Shown here: in pieces, positions 8,040-11,123 of the stretch
How positions within the stretch are numbered: the stretch's first letter is position 1
Layout of the letters: every line of letters begins with the position of its first letter
From: Promethearchaeota archaeon
GTDB lineage: Archaea; Asgardarchaeota; Lokiarchaeia; Sigyniarchaeales; SOKP01
NCBI GenBank assembly: GCA_019058245.1
Contig: JAHPZJ010000017.1
Location: 1-11,123 of the forward strand
Direction of reading: 5' to 3'
Length of the DNA stretch: 11,123 nt
Notes under the pieces: model-generated
Told to the model about the DNA's origin: nothing
The model's input: only the letters and a program-made list of their open reading frames with translations
Database searches by the model: none
Position numbers and translations under genes: made by a program

Positions 8040-8747
8040 TCATTTTAACTTAAAATACATCCTTCTATTGTTCTTACATTTATTAACAGTTTTGATTAAT
8101 TCAATTTTACCAATTTCTTTAAGGTGTTTAATATGAGTCCCTCCATCGACTTGCTCATCGATATCTCCTATTCTGATAATACGAAATTCGCTAATTTTTT
8201 CCGGTAATCCTACAGCTAAACGTGCTAATTCTGGTTTTACTATTACTTCTTCTCTTGACATATAATCAATAGTAATTGATAGATCCTGCTCTATAAGTTT
8301 GTTTGCCTCCTCAACAAAATCCCGTAATTTTTCAGGAGAGTAATCTTGCATTGAGAAATCCATCCTCGTTTTATCTAATTCAATTTGATTACCTGTAATT
8401 TTCGCATCAGCTCTTTTATAAAGAATGCTGCTAATTAGATGCGAAGCTGTATGATATCGCATAAAGGTATATCTTCTTTCCCAATCGATCTCACAACTAA
8501 CTTCATCACCCACCTTTAATCCGATTTTATCTACTTCATGACTAATATAACCCGAGAATTTATCGACATAGATTACTTTAAATTTTAGATCATTTTTTAT
8601 AATAAATCCCTCATCCCAAGGCTGTCCCCCACCTTTAGGATAGAATGCTGTTTGCTCAAGAAGAATATACTTTCCATCAGTAACACTTACAACTTTAGTA
8701 TTCCAACTCTTAAGATAAGAATTATCCATATATAAAGCTCTAACCAT
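8040..8747 (-). CDS. alaXM: Alanyl-tRNA editing protein AlaX-M (trans-editing deacylase of mischarged tRNA-Ala)
   Basis: LYMDNSY start, TAFYPKGGGQPWDEG glycine-rich motif, IDWERRY, HTASH (HxxxH), GNQI, RMDF and DGGTH (the CGGTH position). The 235-aa length is typical of the medium AlaX class. Confidence 0.92.
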   Translation of the reverse strand: MVRALYMDNSYLKSWNTKVVSVTDGKYILLEQTAFYPKGGGQPWDEGFIIKNDLKFKVIYVDKFSGYISHEVDKIGLKVGDEVSCEIDWERRYTFMRYHTASHLISSILYKRADAKITGNQIELDKTRMDFSMQDYSPEKLRDFVEEANKLIEQDLSITIDYMSREEVIVKPELARLAVGLPEKISEFRIIRIGDIDEQVDGGTHIKHLKEIGKIELIKTVNKCKNNRRMYFKLK

Positions 8748-8768
8748 AAAGAAAAAAAAGTATCCAAC

Positions 8769-8775
8769 TATAAAA
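8769..8775 (-). promoter_or_regulatory. Putative TATA box for a leaderless alaX transcript
   Basis: TTTTATA on the minus strand 22-28 nt upstream of the ATG, preceded by purine-rich AAAAG, with no SD before the ATG. Weak, because the region is very AT-rich. Confidence 0.3.
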
Positions 8776-9109
8776 TATTGACTTTTATTAGTCTTAGGAT
8801 TTCTTAGAATTTTTTAATTTATTTTTAATATATTGAATAGAAAGAATAACCTTGGCAGAAAAAAATAAAATTTTTTATAGTAATTTTAATAGTTTTCTCA
8901 CAAATTAAAGAATTTAAACTTTTTTGTTTTTTTAATTTGAGATATTTTATTTTTATATATCGTATTCTGATATATCCTATTTGGGAATATTAAGTTTTTA
9001 TACAAAGTCAACTAAATCATTGATTATAGTTTTTATTTACTAAAAAACTGAAAAAAAAAATTTTTTTCAAAAAAAAAATAACATAAAACATATTAGAGGT
9101 TTGTTTTAT

Positions 9110-10981
9110 ATGGAAAAAGAAAGAAAAACAAAGATGTTTTTAATAATTTGTACGGCGTTCATACTTTTCTGTGGATTAATGGCATTTGAATATCAAACTA
9201 ATTTTAATACTATTAATGTAAGCGAAGTTCAAATTACAGATCCAAATGGATATACAATTGTAGGGAAACTTTTTCGTCCTAACGATGTAAGTTCAGTAAA
9301 TACAGCTCCTGGAATTCTTGGATTACATGGATATAATAATGATAAGAATATTCAAAGAGGGACCGCTCTAGAATTAGCCAAAGCAGGATTTGTAGTGTTA
9401 ATAATTGACCAAGATGGTCATGGATCTTCGGATTCTCCTTATTATGGTATAGCTGATATTACCGAAGCTAGTGCTGCTTATGATTGGTTGGAGGCGCAAC
9501 CATATGTTAATGGATCTACTGTTCAGGGCGAAACTATGATGGGCATTTATGGTCATTCAATGGGCTATATTAAAGGTTGGGTATTAGCACAGGCTAAACC
9601 AGATCATGATGCATGCGTATTCGAATCCTTTCCACCACAAATCAAATTTCCGAATGTTCACAATGTTTTACATACTTGGGCTGAATATGAAGAATGGTAT
9701 GCTACAGATTTATATACTAGTGTATATTATGGATTTGGATATACTGCAAACATGAGTGTAAAGGAAGTTAAAGACACAGGACTACTTGTAACAGGCTTAA
9801 ATGGAGGATTGCTAGGTCCTGGCGAAGTAGATACAACTTATGGTAATTTTTCACTTGGAACGGCGTTTCGAACCCATTATAATATTGGTGTTACCCATCC
9901 AGGATTAACAATGGACCAATCCTGTAATAAAGAGATTGTAGCTTGGTTCTTACAGTCATTAAAGGGCGAAACTGAAGCTAACGCGATGAGTGCCGCAGCT
10001 ATAAGCGGTCAAACATATATTGCTGTGGAAGTATTCCAATGTTTGGCTTTACTTACAATTTTTGCTTCTCTGATCTTCTTAACTAAATGGCTATTAATGA
10101 CAAACTTTTTCAAAGAAGTTGTACAACCAATGCCAGAACGCACAACATTTATTTCAGAAAAGAAGTGGGCTTGGTGGGCGGCTGCTACACTTAATAATGT
10201 CATTGCTGCAATTGCTTATATATTTGGTGTAAATGCTGATGAAGCTTGGCATTTCAAAGCGCCATTTGAAATGGGAATGATTAATAATTTCTTAGGATTT
10301 TATCTCTATTGTTCCTTAATTGGACTTATTTTCGTCGTTGTGTGGTATTTCGTTACTTGGAGGCAAAATAGAGAGAGTATAGCCCCATATGATCTTGGAA
10401 TTACTTATGGCAAGGAGAATAAGAAAGAAGCTTTGCAGATATTCTTAAAGACTTGTCTAATAGCTGTAATTCTTTTTGCGTGGATGTATTTATTGGTAAG
10501 CATCTTTCAGACATTCTTCGTAATTGAAATAGGAGTATTCTGGACGTTCATGAAGATGTTCACACTGCAGCGATTATTTATGTTCTTACTCTACCTACCA
10601 CTGATTTTACCATTTTTCTTAATAATAGGTGGAGTATTTGCATTTGCAGAACTTCGTCAAAAAGAAGCAAGTTCAGGAATCAAAACACAACTGATTTGGT
10701 GGGCAAAACTTTGTTACGTTATGGTATTTGGTCTTTTCATAGTATTTGTAATTCAATATGTTGGATTTTGGGTCGGTCAAAATCCTACACTCAAGAGTCT
10801 GGAGTCAACACCAATAATGCCACTTCAATTATGGTTCGTAGTTCCAGTTACTATGTTAATCTTATTCTTTATGGTCTTCTGGTATCGTAAAACGGGGAAA
10901 ATTTATCTTGGATCCATTATGGCTTCACTCCTCACAACTTGGTTCTTGACAGTTTCTACAATAATGGGTCCAGCTTTATAA
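9110..10981 (+). CDS. Membrane-bound alpha/beta-hydrolase (Ser esterase/peptidase-like) with an N-terminal anchor and a multi-TM C-terminal domain
   Basis: N-terminal hydrophobic helix, LHGY oxyanion motif, LAKAGFVVLIIDQDGHGSS, GHSMG nucleophile elbow (Ser codon 9557-9559), candidate catalytic His in THPG, and about 8-9 hydrophobic segments at the C-terminus. The start is moved from TTG 9101 to ATG 9110 because GAGGT (9096-9100) is 9 nt upstream of that ATG. Confidence 0.85.
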   Translation: MEKERKTKMFLIICTAFILFCGLMAFEYQTNFNTINVSEVQITDPNGYTIVGKLFRPNDVSSVNTAPGILGLHGYNNDKNIQRGTALELAKAGFVVLIIDQDGHGSSDSPYYGIADITEASAAYDWLEAQPYVNGSTVQGETMMGIYGHSMGYIKGWVLAQAKPDHDACVFESFPPQIKFPNVHNVLHTWAEYEEWYATDLYTSVYYGFGYTANMSVKEVKDTGLLVTGLNGGLLGPGEVDTTYGNFSLGTAFRTHYNIGVTHPGLTMDQSCNKEIVAWFLQSLKGETEANAMSAAAISGQTYIAVEVFQCLALLTIFASLIFLTKWLLMTNFFKEVVQPMPERTTFISEKKWAWWAAATLNNVIAAIAYIFGVNADEAWHFKAPFEMGMINNFLGFYLYCSLIGLIFVVVWYFVTWRQNRESIAPYDLGITYGKENKKEALQIFLKTCLIAVILFAWMYLLVSIFQTFFVIEIGVFWTFMKMFTLQRLFMFLLYLPLILPFFLIIGGVFAFAELRQKEASSGIKTQLIWWAKLCYVMVFGLFIVFVIQYVGFWVGQNPTLKSLESTPIMPLQLWFVVPVTMLILFFMVFWYRKTGKIYLGSIMASLLTTWFLTVSTIMGPAL

Positions 10982-11010
10982 ATAAAAATTTATAATTAAC
11001 AATTTATCTA

Positions 11011-11029
11011 TTTTTTTTTTTTTTTTTTT
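11011..11029 (+). terminator. Oligo-T tract, likely an archaeal-type intrinsic terminator of the hydrolase gene
   Basis: T19 run 30 nt downstream of the stop codon at 10981, with no GC-rich hairpin before it. Confidence 0.55.
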
Positions 11030-11123
11030 CATCCATCATCTTTTTGTTAAAAGAACAATAAAGAAATTATTTTGATTTTTAAAATTAAATTTTTTCATGG
11101 ATTTTGAAAAATTCTTCAATTTT

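Noticed and set aside
8748-9100. Long AT-rich intergenic region with A/T homopolymer hairpins (9049-9069) and a 10-bp tandem near-repeat (8792-8811)
   Set aside because: Low-complexity features expected at this AT content; no CRISPR-like periodicity, tRNA fold or IS ends.
9101-9109. TTG start of the hydrolase given by the ORF track
   Set aside because: The RBS GAGGT directly abuts the TTG but is properly spaced from the ATG at 9110.
10009-10203. 64-aa minus-strand ORF
   Set aside because: Antisense shadow within the hydrolase gene, with no supporting signals.
10696-10890. 64-aa plus-strand alternative-frame ORF
   Set aside because: Nested out of frame within the hydrolase gene, with a non-ATG start and no motif.

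Overview
AT-rich prokaryotic window, most likely archaeal and plausibly Asgard/Lokiarchaeia. That assignment is inferred from GGTGA/AGGTG ribosome-binding sites, a long oligo-T terminator and an archaeal-type AlaX-M; it is not proven. There are eight well-supported CDSs plus one 51-aa small ORF missed by the ORF track: an NDP-sugar epimerase (-), a Zn-dependent MDR dehydrogenase (+), three paralogous membrane proteins built from [TM pair + left-handed beta-helix (LbH) acyltransferase] modules (608, 623 and 317 aa, +), a CxxCxxCC/YkgJ protein (-), AlaX-M (-) and a polytopic membrane alpha/beta-hydrolase (+). The main finding is the TM-LbH set. Its modules resemble the three-module membrane condensation region of epsilon-poly-L-lysine synthetase (Pls/PosA; TIGR02353-type terminal domain). 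Here the three modules are split 2+1 over two translationally coupled genes, a second two-module paralog lies upstream, only module 1 keeps a candidate catalytic His, and no adenylation or carrier domain is present in the window. This suggests a stand-alone, pseudo-trimeric membrane acyl/aminoacyl-transferase with exchangeable subunits. No rRNA, tRNA, CRISPR array or mobile element was recognised.
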